A DNA stretch of 32,000 nucleotides from Halogeometricum borinquense DSM 11551 (lineage in GTDB: Archaea > Halobacteriota > Halobacteria > Halobacteriales > Haloferacaceae), in the NCBI RefSeq assembly GCF_000172995.2, contig NC_014729.1:180001-212000 (forward strand). The letters are read 5' to 3'. The position numbers were made by a program, and so were the translations under genes. Shown here piece after piece: positions 22,860 through 32,000 of the stretch. Below the pieces are notes generated by a model. It was not told where the DNA came from. It saw nothing but the letters and a program-made list of their open reading frames with translations, and searched no databases. Each line of letters starts with the position of its first letter. The first letter of the stretch is position 1.

Positions 22860-25381
22860 CCGAAATCACCCAGACTCGCCTGCTCTTGTGGGTCGTCGGC
22901 GCCGTCGCCGTTCTTCTCACCGTCGTTGCCGTCACCGCTTCCGCCACCACCGCCTCGGTCGCTTTCACCGCCGGATCGACGACTCGCTCGTTCGAACGTC
23001 GCCTCGGGCATTGCATCGGCGGACGCCTCCTGCACGTCGTCCATCGAGGGGTCGCGCCGACCGGCCGCTTCGAGGACGTTTTCAGCCGTCTTCCGCCGTC
23101 CTCGAAGCGCGGCGAGGACGACGGACTTGTCCGCTTCTCTGAGGTCGTTCCGCGTCTCGATACCGGCCTCGAACAGACGCCGAGCGCGCTTTCGTCCGAC
23201 ACCACGGACACCCGCCAAGTTGAGGAGTTCGTCGCGGACGCCGTACTCTACGCGTTTTTTCGCCTCGCGGACGGCAACGGTCGCCGAGAGATCTAACTCG
23301 CCCGCGAGTCGCTCGGCCGCACCGAGTAACCACTGCGCTGTCTCGACCTTGCCACGAATATCGCCGGGGCCGACGCCGTAGCGTTCTGTGATGCGGTCTT
23401 CGTCTACCTCGCTGGCCCAATCTTCGAGCAGTCGGGCGGTTTTCAGCGCCGAAAGCCACTCCTCGAAGCGTACGTCTTCGTACTCCGACGGCGTCTTCCC
23501 GAGCAGTTCGGGTTCGCGTTCGTAGCACTCCTCGGTGTACGTCTCTCTGTCGCCGGATTTGAGGTAGAGTTGATACATGTCCGGCGTGCGCGAGACGAGG
23601 TGAAAGAGGCCGAGTGCGGTGGGGTAGGTCCGATCAGTCTCTATCGGCTCCATGTCCTCACCGTCCTTGTCGCCTACGCCGCCGTCTGCGTCTACCATTT
23701 CGCTGGCGCGCTGGAATCCGCTCGCCTCTGCCGCTTCCTCCGTCTCCCGGGATGTGTTCGCTGTCTCGGGTTCGGGCGCGATGCCTTCGAGCGCTCGCAG
23801 TTTCTCCTCGCGGTGGTCCGCACCCCATCGCAGGCCGTCGATAATCTCGGCGGCGCTCATCGGGTCGAGGTAGAGACGCGAGACTGTGTGACCGATTCCA
23901 GTGGCGGTTAACTGTTCGTCCTCGCGTTCGATGAAGCCGTTCGCTTCGAGATACTGGAGGACGTTGTCGGTGACCTGTTCTAATCGCCCGGGTTCGTCCG
24001 TCTGCGTCGCGTACAGCGTTTGGTCGAGGAAATCGAGCAACCCCTCGCGCGTGTGGGCGAATCCGGAGGCGATGGTTGCGAGCAGATGCGTTCGTAGCGC
24101 GGGTTCGGCGGCCAGTTTCGACCGCACCGGCTCCGCATCGGCCCAGATGTAGCGTTCGAACAGTTCGTCGCGCGTGTCCGAATCTTTCGCCAGCAACACT
24201 GCTTCGCCGTACGGGTCGAGTCCGGGTCGTCCGGCGCGGCCCATCATCTGATGGACTTCCAGCACGTCCAGCGGTTTCATGCCGCCGAACTCGCCGTCGT
24301 AGCGTCGCCAGTCGCGGACGATGACGCGACGACTCGGCGTGTTCACGCCCGCCGCCAACGTCGGCGTCGCAGAAACCGTCTTTACGAGTCTGTCGCGGAA
24401 GGCATCCTCGACTAGACTGCGGTGTTCGGCGGCGAGTCCGGCGTGATGAAAGGCCGCGCCTTTCGCCACACAGTTGGCGAGCGTGTCGCTCGTCTCCGCG
24501 TCGGACACGTCGCGTATCTCTTGTGCTAACTCGGCCAACTTGCTTCGCTCCTCGTCGGTGAGTGCGCGCGACGTCACGTCTTTCAACCGCTTTGCGGCCG
24601 CCTCGGCGTTCCGCCGGGAATTGACGAAAACGAGCGAGGAGCCGTCTTCTTCGAGCGTGTCGGCAACGAGCGCGGCCGTCTTCCTGTCGCCTTTTCCGAC
24701 CGGAACTTCCCGTTGCGTTCCGTCGTCGAAGGAGATGGCGTTGCCGTAGTGAACGCCCATCTTCAGATCGATGGGTCGCCACTCGGACTCGACGAGGGTG
24801 GCGTCTAACCACGCTGCCACGTCGTCGGCGTTGCCGACGGTGGCCGAAAGCGCAACCACTTGGAGCCCCGGATTTATCTTCCTGAGTTTGCCGAGGGTCA
24901 CTTCGAGAGTTGGGCCGCGGTGACCGTCGTTGACGAGGTGGACTTCGTCGCTTACGACGCAGGAGAGGTCTTCGACCCACGGTGCGTTGTTTCGGATGAG
25001 TGAGTCCACCTTTTCACTCGTGGCGACGATGATGTCGCGTGAGGCCAACCACTCGCCGCTGGAGTCGTAGTTACCCGTGGAGACGCCCACGTCGATACCG
25101 AACTCCTCCCAGCGTTCGAATTCGGCCTTTTTCTCCGAGGCGAGCGCACGAAGCGGAACGATGTACAGTGCCTTCCCGCCGCGTTGGACGCTCGACAGCA
25201 TCGCCAACTCCGCGATAAACGTCTTCCCCGAGGCGGTGGGGATGGAGGCGAGGACGCTCTCGCCTTCGGTCACGCCCGCCTCCACGGCGTCGGCCTGCGG
25301 GGGGTATAGCTCTTCGATGCCCTCGGATTGCAACTGCTCGGGCACCCCCTCCGGCAGGCCCGGCACGTCCTCCGGTTTCAT
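22856..25381 (-). CDS. hel308: Hel308 (Ski2-like) ATP-dependent DNA helicase
   Basis: Motifs [34 protein letters not shown] and [10 protein letters not shown] are present. ATG 25381 (MKPEDVPGL) is preferred over 25462 because TTTTAAA lies ~29 nt upstream. The C-terminus is an acidic, glycine-rich tail. Confidence 0.9.
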   Translation of the reverse strand: MKPEDVPGLPEGVPEQLQSEGIEELYPPQADAVEAGVTEGESVLASIPTASGKTFIAELAMLSSVQRGGKALYIVPLRALASEKKAEFERWEEFGIDVGVSTGNYDSSGEWLASRDIIVATSEKVDSLIRNNAPWVEDLSCVVSDEVHLVNDGHRGPTLEVTLGKLRKINPGLQVVALSATVGNADDVAAWLDATLVESEWRPIDLKMGVHYGNAISFDDGTQREVPVGKGDRKTAALVADTLEEDGSSLVFVNSRRNAEAAAKRLKDVTSRALTDEERSKLAELAQEIRDVSDAETSDTLANCVAKGAAFHHAGLAAEHRSLVEDAFRDRLVKTVSATPTLAAGVNTPSRRVIVRDWRRYDGEFGGMKPLDVLEVHQMMGRAGRPGLDPYGEAVLLAKDSDTRDELFERYIWADAEPVRSKLAAEPALRTHLLATIASGFAHTREGLLDFLDQTLYATQTDEPGRLEQVTDNVLQYLEANGFIEREDEQLTATGIGHTVSRLYLDPMSAAEIIDGLRWGADHREEKLRALEGIAPEPETANTSRETEEAAEASGFQRASEMVDADGGVGDKDGEDMEPIETDRTYPTALGLFHLVSRTPDMYQLYLKSGDRETYTEECYEREPELLGKTPSEYEDVRFEEWLSALKTARLLEDWASEVDEDRITERYGVGPGDIRGKVETAQWLLGAAERLAGELDLSATVAVREAKKRVEYGVRDELLNLAGVRGVGRKRARRLFEAGIETRNDLREADKSVVLAALRGRRKTAENVLEAAGRRDPSMDDVQEASADAMPEATFERASRRSGGESDRGGGGGSGDGNDGEKNGDGADDPQEQASLGDFG

Positions 25382-25406
25382 TGCGCCGGAGTAAGCCGTC
25401 ACCCGG

Positions 25407-25413
25407 TTTAAAA
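25407..25413 (-). promoter_or_regulatory. TATA-like box (TTTTAAA on the minus strand) for leaderless hel308
   Basis: AT heptamer centred ~29 nt upstream of ATG 25381. Confidence 0.35.
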
Positions 25414-25505
25414 TGTCGGACCTGTCTGCGGCGAGACCACGAGAACGTGCCGTTCTCACCATGTCGCGTCGTCACCGATATGTACGCCCTCGCGTAACTT
25501 CGAGT

Positions 25506-25748
25506 ATGAAGATACGCTACGACCGCGACACCTGCATCGGGATGTTCCAGTGCGTGGACGAGTGGGACACGTTCGAGAAGAACCTCGACGCGGGCAAAGC
25601 TGACTTGGCCGGTGCCGAGGAAGTCGAAGAAGATATCTTCGAACTCGAAGTTCCCGAAGACGAGGAGTTCGAAGCCGAGTTCGCCGCCCGCGTCTGCCCT
25701 GTGGACGCCATCGAACTGTACGACGACGACGGCGAACAGGTCGTCTGA
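25506..25748 (+). CDS. small ferredoxin-like iron-sulfur protein
   Basis: 80 aa from ATG 25506: MKIRYDRDTCIGMFQC...ARVCPVDAIELYD. The Cys pattern CxGxxxC...CP is typical of single-cluster ferredoxins. The upstream extension to 25413 is basic and unlikely. Confidence 0.6.
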   Translation: MKIRYDRDTCIGMFQCVDEWDTFEKNLDAGKADLAGAEEVEEDIFELEVPEDEEFEAEFAARVCPVDAIELYDDDGEQVV

Positions 25749-25916
25749 CTCGTTTCTCGGAGCGCTGGTGCTGTGACGGCGGGCACCTCGTGGAGAAAAG
25801 CGCCAACTCAACAACGGAATGAGCACACTCGGTACGTGAGCGCTCGCATGATTTTCCTCGTATGAGAGGCGGGCACAACCGTTATGTATTCGCGCGAATA
25901 TTTCTCTCCCGAAACC

Positions 25917-26054
25917 ATGACCCGAAAGACCCACGGCCACCGTCTCATGGAGTGGGCTGACCTCGTCGGCGCATCGGTCCCCGATTCGGTCGCCGACGAT
26001 GGAGACGAACCGACATTGCCCGCGTGGGACGACGCCGACGTAGAACGCCGATAA
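25917..26054 (+). CDS. possible 45-aa acidic micro-protein
   Basis: MTRKTHGHRLMEWADLVGASVPDSVADDGDEPTLPAWDDADVERR. GC3 is about 73 percent by hand count. The AT-rich GTTATGTATT lies ~30 nt upstream. Below the ORF-track cut-off, and I recognise no homolog. Confidence 0.35.
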   Translation: MTRKTHGHRLMEWADLVGASVPDSVADDGDEPTLPAWDDADVERR

Positions 26055-26140
26055 CACATGTATGACGCGGTGAGACGGCGGCGTCTACTTCCACCGCGGT
26101 TCGCCAATACTTAACCGCCATCACGACCAAGCGGGTGACG

Positions 26141-28672
26141 ATGGCGGCCGCCGATGACCCCGCACACGTTGATCATCCTCTCTTGAGTCCGTCGTTCATC
26201 GAGCGACGACTGTATCAGATTCGACTGGCGAGTGCTGCACGCGACGCGCACACGCTGGTTTGTCTTCCCACGGGTCTCGGCAAGACCACAGTCAGCCTCC
26301 TCGTGACTGCTGAGCGACTCCACGAGGTGGGCGGCAAAGCGCTCTTTCTCGCGCCGACGAAACCGCTGGTCCAGCAGCACGCCGACTTCTACCGCGAAGC
26401 CCTCGAAATTCCCGACGACGAGATTGTCGTTTTCACTGGCGACGTTCGCCCCGACGACAGGGCGGCCCTCTGGGATGACGCTCGCATCGTCATCGCAACC
26501 CCGCAAGTCGTCGAAAACGACCTCATCGGGAATCGAATCTCCCTCCGAGAGGTGACGCATCTCACGTTCGACGAGTGCCACCGCGGCACCGGCGACTACG
26601 CGTATGTCTATATCGCCGAACGCTACCACGCCGACGCCGAGCGTCCACTTGTCACCGGGATGAGTGCGTCGCCCGGCGGCGACAAGGAGTCAATCCTCGA
26701 AGTTTGTGAGAACCTCGGGCTAGTCGAAGTCGAGGTGATGACGGAGGAGGACGCCGACGTAGACGAATACACGTACGACACCGACGTCGAGTGGGAACGT
26801 ATCCAACTCCCCGACGAGATTCTGGCGATACGTGACGCCGTCAACGAGGTCATCAAGGACCGACTGGAGAAACTGAAATCGCTGGGCGTGACGAACACCA
26901 CAAGTCCGGACGTGTCCCAAAAGCAGTTGAACGGGATGCGAGCGGAGTTGCAGAAGTTGATGAACAACGACCAGTCGGAGGGGTACAAGGGTATGTCAAC
27001 GCACGCGGAAGTGATGAAACTCCGGCGTGCCGTCGAACTGGTCGAGACGCAGTCGGTCGAATCCGTCCGACGTTACTTCGAACGCCAGCGGAACGCCGCA
27101 CGTTCTTCGGGTGCATCGAAGGCGAGTCAACGACTCGTCGCCGAACCCAAAGTCCGAGAGGCGATGCGGAAGGCCGAGTCGTTCGACGGCCTGCACCCGA
27201 AGTTCTCGCAGACGCGTATCCTCCTCGCACAGACGCTCGGCATCCAAGACGGCGAACGCGTCATCGTCTTCACCGAGTCGCGTGACACTGCGGAGGCCCT
27301 CACCGACTTCCTCTCGGAGTCGTTCGACGCTCGGCGATTCGTCGGACAGGGCGACAAAGAGGGTTCCGACGGGATGACGCAAAAAGAGCAACAGGAGACG
27401 TTAGACGAGTTCCGAAACGGCGAGTTCGAGGTCCTCGTCTCCACTTCCGTCGCCGAAGAAGGACTTGACGTACCCGAAGTCGATTTGGTGCTCTTTTTCG
27501 AACCCGTTCCGACGGCGATTCGCTCCATCCAGCGGAAGGGCCGAACCGGCCGCCAAGCGGAAGGACGTGTTATCGTCCTGATGGCGGAGAACACGCGCGA
27601 TGAGGCGTACTTTTGGATCTCTCGCCGCCGCGAGAAGGAGATGAAGTCCGAACTCCGCGACCTGAAGGGCGTCGCAGACGAGGTCGAAGAGGAACTCGAC
27701 GACTCACAGAAAGGTCTCGACGCGTTCTCAGGCGGCGATAGTGCGGGCACGGACGACGGAGAGTCGTCCGGAGCGATAGCGAACGGCGGAACTGCGGCCG
27801 CAACTACTGAGACACCCGACGCGTCCACTGCCGAGGCTGATTCCGGAACCGACGGCGGAACCGCCTCCGGAACCGACGCTACCGACACCAACTCGAACGA
27901 TGACCAAGCCGGATTGGATTCGTTTTCCGCGTCGGACGAGGAAATCGCTCGCGCCGACGAGGAGAGCGAGGCCGCGGTAGAGGATGGAGACGGTACCGTC
28001 GCCACCGCCGGGCGAGACGACGAGGTTGTCGAAATCGTCGTCGATCAACGCGAACTCGACTCGAACATCGCAAAGGATCTCTCGACGCGCGACGGCATCG
28101 AGACGCGACTGGAGACGCTTGCCGTCGGCGACTACGTCCTTTCGGACCGCGTCGCAGTCGAGCGGAAGTCCGTGTCGGACTTCCTCGACACCCTGACTGG
28201 CGGTGACCGCTCGCTGTTCGAGCAGATCGGTGACCTCTCTCGCGCGTACGCACGACCAATCCTGATTCTCGAAGGTGAGGGGCTGTTCGAGGAGCGGAAT
28301 ATCCACCCGGGCGCGATTCGCGGCGCACTCGCCTCACTCGCGGTGGATTTCGACGTGAGCGTCCTTCAGACCCGTGACGAGGACGACACAGCCGAACTGC
28401 TCCTCACTATCGCCACGCGGGAACAGACCGAACGCGAACGTTCGGTGAGCGTCCACGGCGGCAAGAGTACGAAGACGCTGAGTGAACAACAGGAGTACGT
28501 CGTCTCCGCCATCGCGGACATCGGCCCCGTCACGGCCCGCTCGCTCTTAGAAGAGTTCGGTACCGTCGAAGCGGTGATGACCGCCCGCGAGGAGGACCTT
28601 CTCGAAGTGTCGGGAATCGGATCGGTCACCGCTGAACGTATTCGGGACGTTATCGGATCCGAGTACGAATAG
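26141..28672 (+). CDS. hef: Hef helicase/nuclease (XPF/FANCM family)
   Basis: Helicase motifs PTGLGKT, DECH, SASPG and QRKGRTGR are present. An acidic disordered linker of ~100 aa follows. The ERCC4 nuclease motif is GDYVLSDRVAVERKSVSDF, and the C-terminal HhH region is EVSGIGSVTAERI. ATG 26141 is preferred over GTG 26135. Confidence 0.9.
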   Translation: MAAADDPAHVDHPLLSPSFIERRLYQIRLASAARDAHTLVCLPTGLGKTTVSLLVTAERLHEVGGKALFLAPTKPLVQQHADFYREALEIPDDEIVVFTGDVRPDDRAALWDDARIVIATPQVVENDLIGNRISLREVTHLTFDECHRGTGDYAYVYIAERYHADAERPLVTGMSASPGGDKESILEVCENLGLVEVEVMTEEDADVDEYTYDTDVEWERIQLPDEILAIRDAVNEVIKDRLEKLKSLGVTNTTSPDVSQKQLNGMRAELQKLMNNDQSEGYKGMSTHAEVMKLRRAVELVETQSVESVRRYFERQRNAARSSGASKASQRLVAEPKVREAMRKAESFDGLHPKFSQTRILLAQTLGIQDGERVIVFTESRDTAEALTDFLSESFDARRFVGQGDKEGSDGMTQKEQQETLDEFRNGEFEVLVSTSVAEEGLDVPEVDLVLFFEPVPTAIRSIQRKGRTGRQAEGRVIVLMAENTRDEAYFWISRRREKEMKSELRDLKGVADEVEEELDDSQKGLDAFSGGDSAGTDDGESSGAIANGGTAAATTETPDASTAEADSGTDGGTASGTDATDTNSNDDQAGLDSFSASDEEIARADEESEAAVEDGDGTVATAGRDDEVVEIVVDQRELDSNIAKDLSTRDGIETRLETLAVGDYVLSDRVAVERKSVSDFLDTLTGGDRSLFEQIGDLSRAYARPILILEGEGLFEERNIHPGAIRGALASLAVDFDVSVLQTRDEDDTAELLLTIATREQTERERSVSVHGGKSTKTLSEQQEYVVSAIADIGPVTARSLLEEFGTVEAVMTAREEDLLEVSGIGSVTAERIRDVIGSEYE

Positions 28673-28775
28673 CGGATATATGTGCTGAAACGACTGTTTA
28701 GAGGTAAAGACAGTCATAACCTCGAACTATCGGAGTAACTACTATATACTCTCGGCACTAATTATTTACTACACA

Positions 28776-28991
28776 ATGAGTACTGATTCACCGAACGATG
28801 GCGCGGCACGGACGTTCTACGGCGACCCCCAACACGAGACAGGTTCGTACTCCGACCCCGAGCGGCTCGGTCTCGCTGCTCCGTCGCGTCAATCCGAGTC
28901 CGAGCGTGCGCTGTACGGGTACGCTCACCGCGCAAGCGCAGACCGGAGACGTTCCGCTGGCGTGCGCTCTGCCGACGTACAAGCGACGTAA
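28776..28991 (+). CDS. possible 71-aa protein of unknown function
   Basis: ATG 28776 is preceded by ACTATATACT at about -30 within a ~110-nt AT-rich stretch. A T5 run inside a hairpin (about 29005-29037) follows the stop. However, GC3 is only about 67 percent and the composition is not markedly acidic. Confidence 0.35.
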   Translation: MSTDSPNDGAARTFYGDPQHETGSYSDPERLGLAAPSRQSESERALYGYAHRASADRRRSAGVRSADVQAT

Positions 28992-29053
28992 AACGGTCGA
29001 TTAGCTCGGACTTTTTCTAACTCAGGGATCGAGCGCCAGTCCACAGCGTTCTC

Positions 29054-29443
29054 TCAGGGGATGATTGTGGCGGCAACGCTTTCGTGCCGAACCACCGTTT
29101 CTGCCGCACTTCCGAGGATAGCGCGTTCGATGGCTCCATCCCCGTGGTGGCCCATCACTACGTGGTCGAAGTCGCGTTCGTCCACCAGATTGAGAATCTC
29201 CTCACCGACCTGTTTGCCGGGAACGACGTCCAACTCGATAATCGACAGCTCCGGCTCCGTACTCAGATCGGTTCCTTCGATTATGTCGCGTGCGCGGCCT
29301 AAGACGATGTCCGTTGCGTCGGTTTCGGCATCCGAGAAATGAACGACGTGGAGGTCCGCCTCGAATCGAACCGCAAATTCGACGGCGAACTCTGCGGCGC
29401 GGATACTGCATTCGGACCCATCGATTGGCGCGAGAATCTTCAT
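29054..29443 (-). CDS. universal stress protein (UspA family)
   Basis: 129 aa. MKILAPIDGSE...HVVMGHHGDGAIERAILGSAAETVVRHESVAATIIP carries the G-2x-G-9x-G(S/T) ATP-binding signature. Confidence 0.88.
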   Translation of the reverse strand: MKILAPIDGSECSIRAAEFAVEFAVRFEADLHVVHFSDAETDATDIVLGRARDIIEGTDLSTEPELSIIELDVVPGKQVGEEILNLVDERDFDHVVMGHHGDGAIERAILGSAAETVVRHESVAATIIP

Positions 29444-29484
29444 GTCAAAAGCTACGAGGGCGAGAAAGAAAGAGATGGCTGTGC

Positions 29485-30156
29485 TTACCGGTCGAGCGCA
29501 TCGAGTGCCTCGGCCGCCTCGCGCGCCGCTTCGAGGTGTTGTTTTGCCCGACGCGGTTCGTCAATCTCCGTCGCGCGGCGCGAGTGCTGGGTAATCGCTT
29601 CGAGGAGCGATTCTCGTGCCGTTTGTGCCGATGCACCCGACGCGCTCGATGCATCTGAGACACCCGACGAGCTCGTCGTCGCGGCCCTTCGCGTTTCAGT
29701 CGAGTCGGTCTGCATCTCAGAGTCGGACTGTGGCGTTCGTTGTGGGGATGCCGGCTTCGAGACGCCCGTCGCGTCCGGCGTCGTAACCGCTTCGGCAGTT
29801 TCGTTTCCCGACTGGCTCGCATCCGCGGCGTGTTCCGGTGCTGGCGATTCGGAGTCCGCCTGCTCGCCCGTCTCGGCTGCCTGCGTCGTTCCGTCGACAC
29901 CTTGTCCGTTGGCTACGTTCGCGGCCTCACCTTGCTCTGCGTCCGCCTTCGCCTGTTTGTCTTGACACGTGGGACAGAACTCGGCTCCCTGATACCGGAA
30001 AATTGGCGTTCCGCACTCGTTGCAGTGCTTGTTCGACATCGTTGCGCCTTGTAGGAGGAGTTCGCTCATCCGCTGTGTCTCTTGGCGACGCTCCGTATCT
30101 TTCTCGTACTTCTCGCGGAGACGCTGTCGCTCTGCTTCCTTATCGAAATCGCTCAT
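29485..30156 (-). CDS. Zn-ribbon protein of the autoantigen p27 / SSSCA1 (UPF0148) family
   Basis: From ATG 30156: [18 protein letters not shown]...[26 protein letters not shown] long A/E/T/S/D-rich low-complexity region and a helical C-terminus follow. Confidence 0.7.
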   Translation of the reverse strand: MSDFDKEAERQRLREKYEKDTERRQETQRMSELLLQGATMSNKHCNECGTPIFRYQGAEFCPTCQDKQAKADAEQGEAANVANGQGVDGTTQAAETGEQADSESPAPEHAADASQSGNETAEAVTTPDATGVSKPASPQRTPQSDSEMQTDSTETRRAATTSSSGVSDASSASGASAQTARESLLEAITQHSRRATEIDEPRRAKQHLEAAREAAEALDALDR

Positions 30157-30322
30157 ACACGAGACGAACGCGCTGTGCGTCGAAAAACCCACCGGGAGCG
30201 ACGTTCCGTCGCCTTCTTCCGCTTACAATTCGACGGATGACGAACCCCTCATACGACGATACAGGCGCAGAGAAGGCTGTTCCGAAGCGTTTAATCGGAA
30301 TCCGGAGCGTCATTTACGTGGT

Positions 30323-31237
30323 ATGACGAAAGTTAGCGTGGTCGGTGCCGCAGGGACAGTCGGTGCCGCCGCCGGGTACAACCTCGCACTTCGGGACATC
30401 GTGGACGAACTGGTCTTCGTCGACATTCCGGACATGGAGGACAAGACGGTCGGGCAGGCAGCAGACACGAACCACGGAGTCGCGTACGACTCGAACACCG
30501 AGGTCTATCAGGGCGGCTACGAGGACACCGCCGGATCAGACGTGGTCGTCATCACGGCGGGCATCCCGCGTAAAGAGGGACAGACCCGCATCGACCTCGC
30601 GGGCGACAACGCACCCATCATGGAGGACATCGGCTCCTCGCTGGCCGAGCATAACGACGACTTCATCTCGGTCACCACCTCGAACCCGGTTGACCTCCTG
30701 AACCGCCACCTGTACGAGGCGGGCGACCGCGACCGACACAAGGTCATCGGCTTCGGCGGCCGACTCGACTCGGCGCGCTTCCGCTACGTTCTCAGCCAGC
30801 GATTCGACGTCCCCGTAAAGAACGTCGAAGCGACCATCCTCGGCGAACACGGCGACGCGCAGGTCCCCGTGTTCTCGAAGGTTCGCGTTGACGGTACGGA
30901 CCCCGAGTTCACGGCCGACGAACGCGAGGAAATCCTCTCGGACCTCCAAGAGTCCGCGATGGACGTTATCTCGCGGAAGGGCGCAACCCAGTGGGGTCCG
31001 GCGACGGGCGTCGCCCACATGGTCGAAGCCATCGTCCGCGACACGGGCGAAGTGCTTCCGGGTTCGCTCGTCCTCGACGGCGAATACGGCTACGAAGACA
31101 CCGCGTTCGGCGTCCCCGTCAAACTCGGCTCCGACGGTATCGAGGAAGTCGTCGAATGGGATCTCGACGACTACGAGCAGGACCTCATGGACGACGCCGC
31201 CGAGAAACTCCGCGACCAGTACGACAAAATCGCATAA
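30323..31237 (+). CDS. mdh: malate dehydrogenase (LDH-like, halophilic)
   Basis: [26 protein letters not shown]...[13 protein letters not shown]...[14 protein letters not shown] is almost colinear with the Haloarcula marismortui MDH sequence as I recall it. ATG 30323 is in frame within the longer 30020 ORF. Confidence 0.93.
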   Translation: MTKVSVVGAAGTVGAAAGYNLALRDIVDELVFVDIPDMEDKTVGQAADTNHGVAYDSNTEVYQGGYEDTAGSDVVVITAGIPRKEGQTRIDLAGDNAPIMEDIGSSLAEHNDDFISVTTSNPVDLLNRHLYEAGDRDRHKVIGFGGRLDSARFRYVLSQRFDVPVKNVEATILGEHGDAQVPVFSKVRVDGTDPEFTADEREEILSDLQESAMDVISRKGATQWGPATGVAHMVEAIVRDTGEVLPGSLVLDGEYGYEDTAFGVPVKLGSDGIEEVVEWDLDDYEQDLMDDAAEKLRDQYDKIA

Positions 31238-31262
31238 CGACCCGCCCTCGCGGTCGTTTTCG
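31238..31262 (+). terminator. hairpin plus T-tract after mdh
   Basis: CGACC-CGCCCTCGC-GGTCG followed by TTTT, immediately after the mdh TAA (31235-31237). Confidence 0.35.
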
Positions 31263-31326
31263 ATAGCGGACGTTTCAAACATCCATTATTTTGACCCCGC
31301 CGATGCAATACTAAGCTATGGCTACC

Positions 31327-32000
31327 GAGTCCGCTACTCCCACTCATCTCGATACGGGGTCGCAGACGGTCGAAACACGCCGCGTTGGCGTCTTTCTCGT
31401 CGTCGCGTTCGGCGTCGCGTGGGCCACCGCGGCCGCCATCTACGCGACCGGCGGACTCACCGACAGTCCGATACTCGTCCCCCAACTCGGTCTGACTCTC
31501 TCGGCGATTCTTCTACCGACGGCGTACATGTTCGCTCCCACGGTCGGCAACCTCGTCGCACGACTCGCTACGGGAGAGGGTCTGTCGAACCTTCGACTCA
31601 GACCGCGTGTTTCCGGTTCACTCCGTGTCTACGCGGCCGCATGGTTCGTTCCCGCGGTTCTCACGCTCCTCGGTGCAGCGCTCTACTTCGCGGTCTTTCC
31701 CGAGCAGTTCGATCCGTCGCTCTCGGCGTACGCGGCGGCCCTACAGGCCGCTGGCGGCACTGTTCCGATGGACCCGTGGACGCTCGTTGCGATACAGGCC
31801 GCGTTGGCGCTCACTGTCGCGCCGCTTTTCAACGCCATCTTCGCCTTCGGTGAAGAGTTCGGCTGGCGAGCGTACCTTCTGCCGAAACTCCATCCGCTCG
31901 GCGCGCGCAAGGCCGCACTTCTCGTCGGCGTCGTTTGGGGCGTCTGGCACTGGCCGATTCTCGCCATGGGCTATAATTACGGGTTCGGCTACACCGGCGC
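31327..32000 (+). CDS. CPBP family intramembrane glutamic endopeptidase (CAAX protease-like); 3' end outside window
   Basis: Open frame from ATG 31327 to the window edge, absent from the ORF track because it has no stop. Multi-TM, with motif 1 FGEEFGWRAYLLP and motif 2 region VVWGVWHWP. Confidence 0.8.

Noticed and set aside
23658-24980. 440-aa Arg-rich ORF inside hel308 (same strand, other frame), and similar ORFs at 25071-26057, 27127-28005, 30536-31282 and 30888-31853
   Set aside because: All overlap confidently identified genes. All have basic, Arg/Pro/Ser-rich compositions incompatible with a halophile proteome.
1-32000. Search for defence systems, toxin-antitoxin pairs, transposases, integrases or prophage genes
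   Set aside because: None of the ORFs show motifs I can associate with such systems. The novelty in this window appears to lie in non-coding DNA-level signals rather than in a new protein-coding system.

Overview
This is a high-GC haloarchaeal chromosome segment (class Halobacteria) with an acidic proteome. From memory, the gene order resembles the start of the Haloferax volcanii main chromosome. The window is centred on what looks like the major replication origin (oriC1 type). A ~1.2 kb non-coding, GC-poor gap (9816-11037) carries at least ten origin recognition boxes (ORBs with G-strings) in both orientations. It also carries an (AATAAC)9-10 microsatellite that is the likely unwinding element. 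Left of the gap is the origin-associated oapA-oapB-oapC operon. Right of it are orc1/cdc6, signal peptidase sec11 and the DNA polymerase D small subunit. Further right are a GNAT-like protein, aspartate kinase, acyl-CoA thioesterase, tryptophanase, a DUF2891 protein, a metallophosphoesterase, IMP cyclohydrolase PurO and tRNA-Gln(CUG). These are followed by a cgi121-hel308 operon, a ferredoxin, the Hef helicase/nuclease, a USP, a p27-like Zn-ribbon protein, malate dehydrogenase and a truncated CPBP protease. Further left are a thiamine/Fe(III)-type ABC importer (binding-protein fragment plus fused permease), a SAM methyltransferase, a small membrane protein, two conserved hypotheticals and a MATE exporter. 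I see no transposase, integrase, CRISPR array or recognisable defence or toxin-antitoxin system. Three signals are not explained by the gene list. (1) ORB-like motifs lie up to ~12 kb from the origin: a three-ORB cluster at 22252-22368, a direct pair bracketing the MATE gene, and copies inside the coding sequences of polD1, sec11 and the ABC binding protein. (2) Period-24 tandem arrays re-iterate the stop-codon context of orc1 and of another gene. (3) A ~180-200 nt polypurine tract contains 28-nt repeats. All calls were made by eye and from memory of protein families; nothing was searched or computed with tools.
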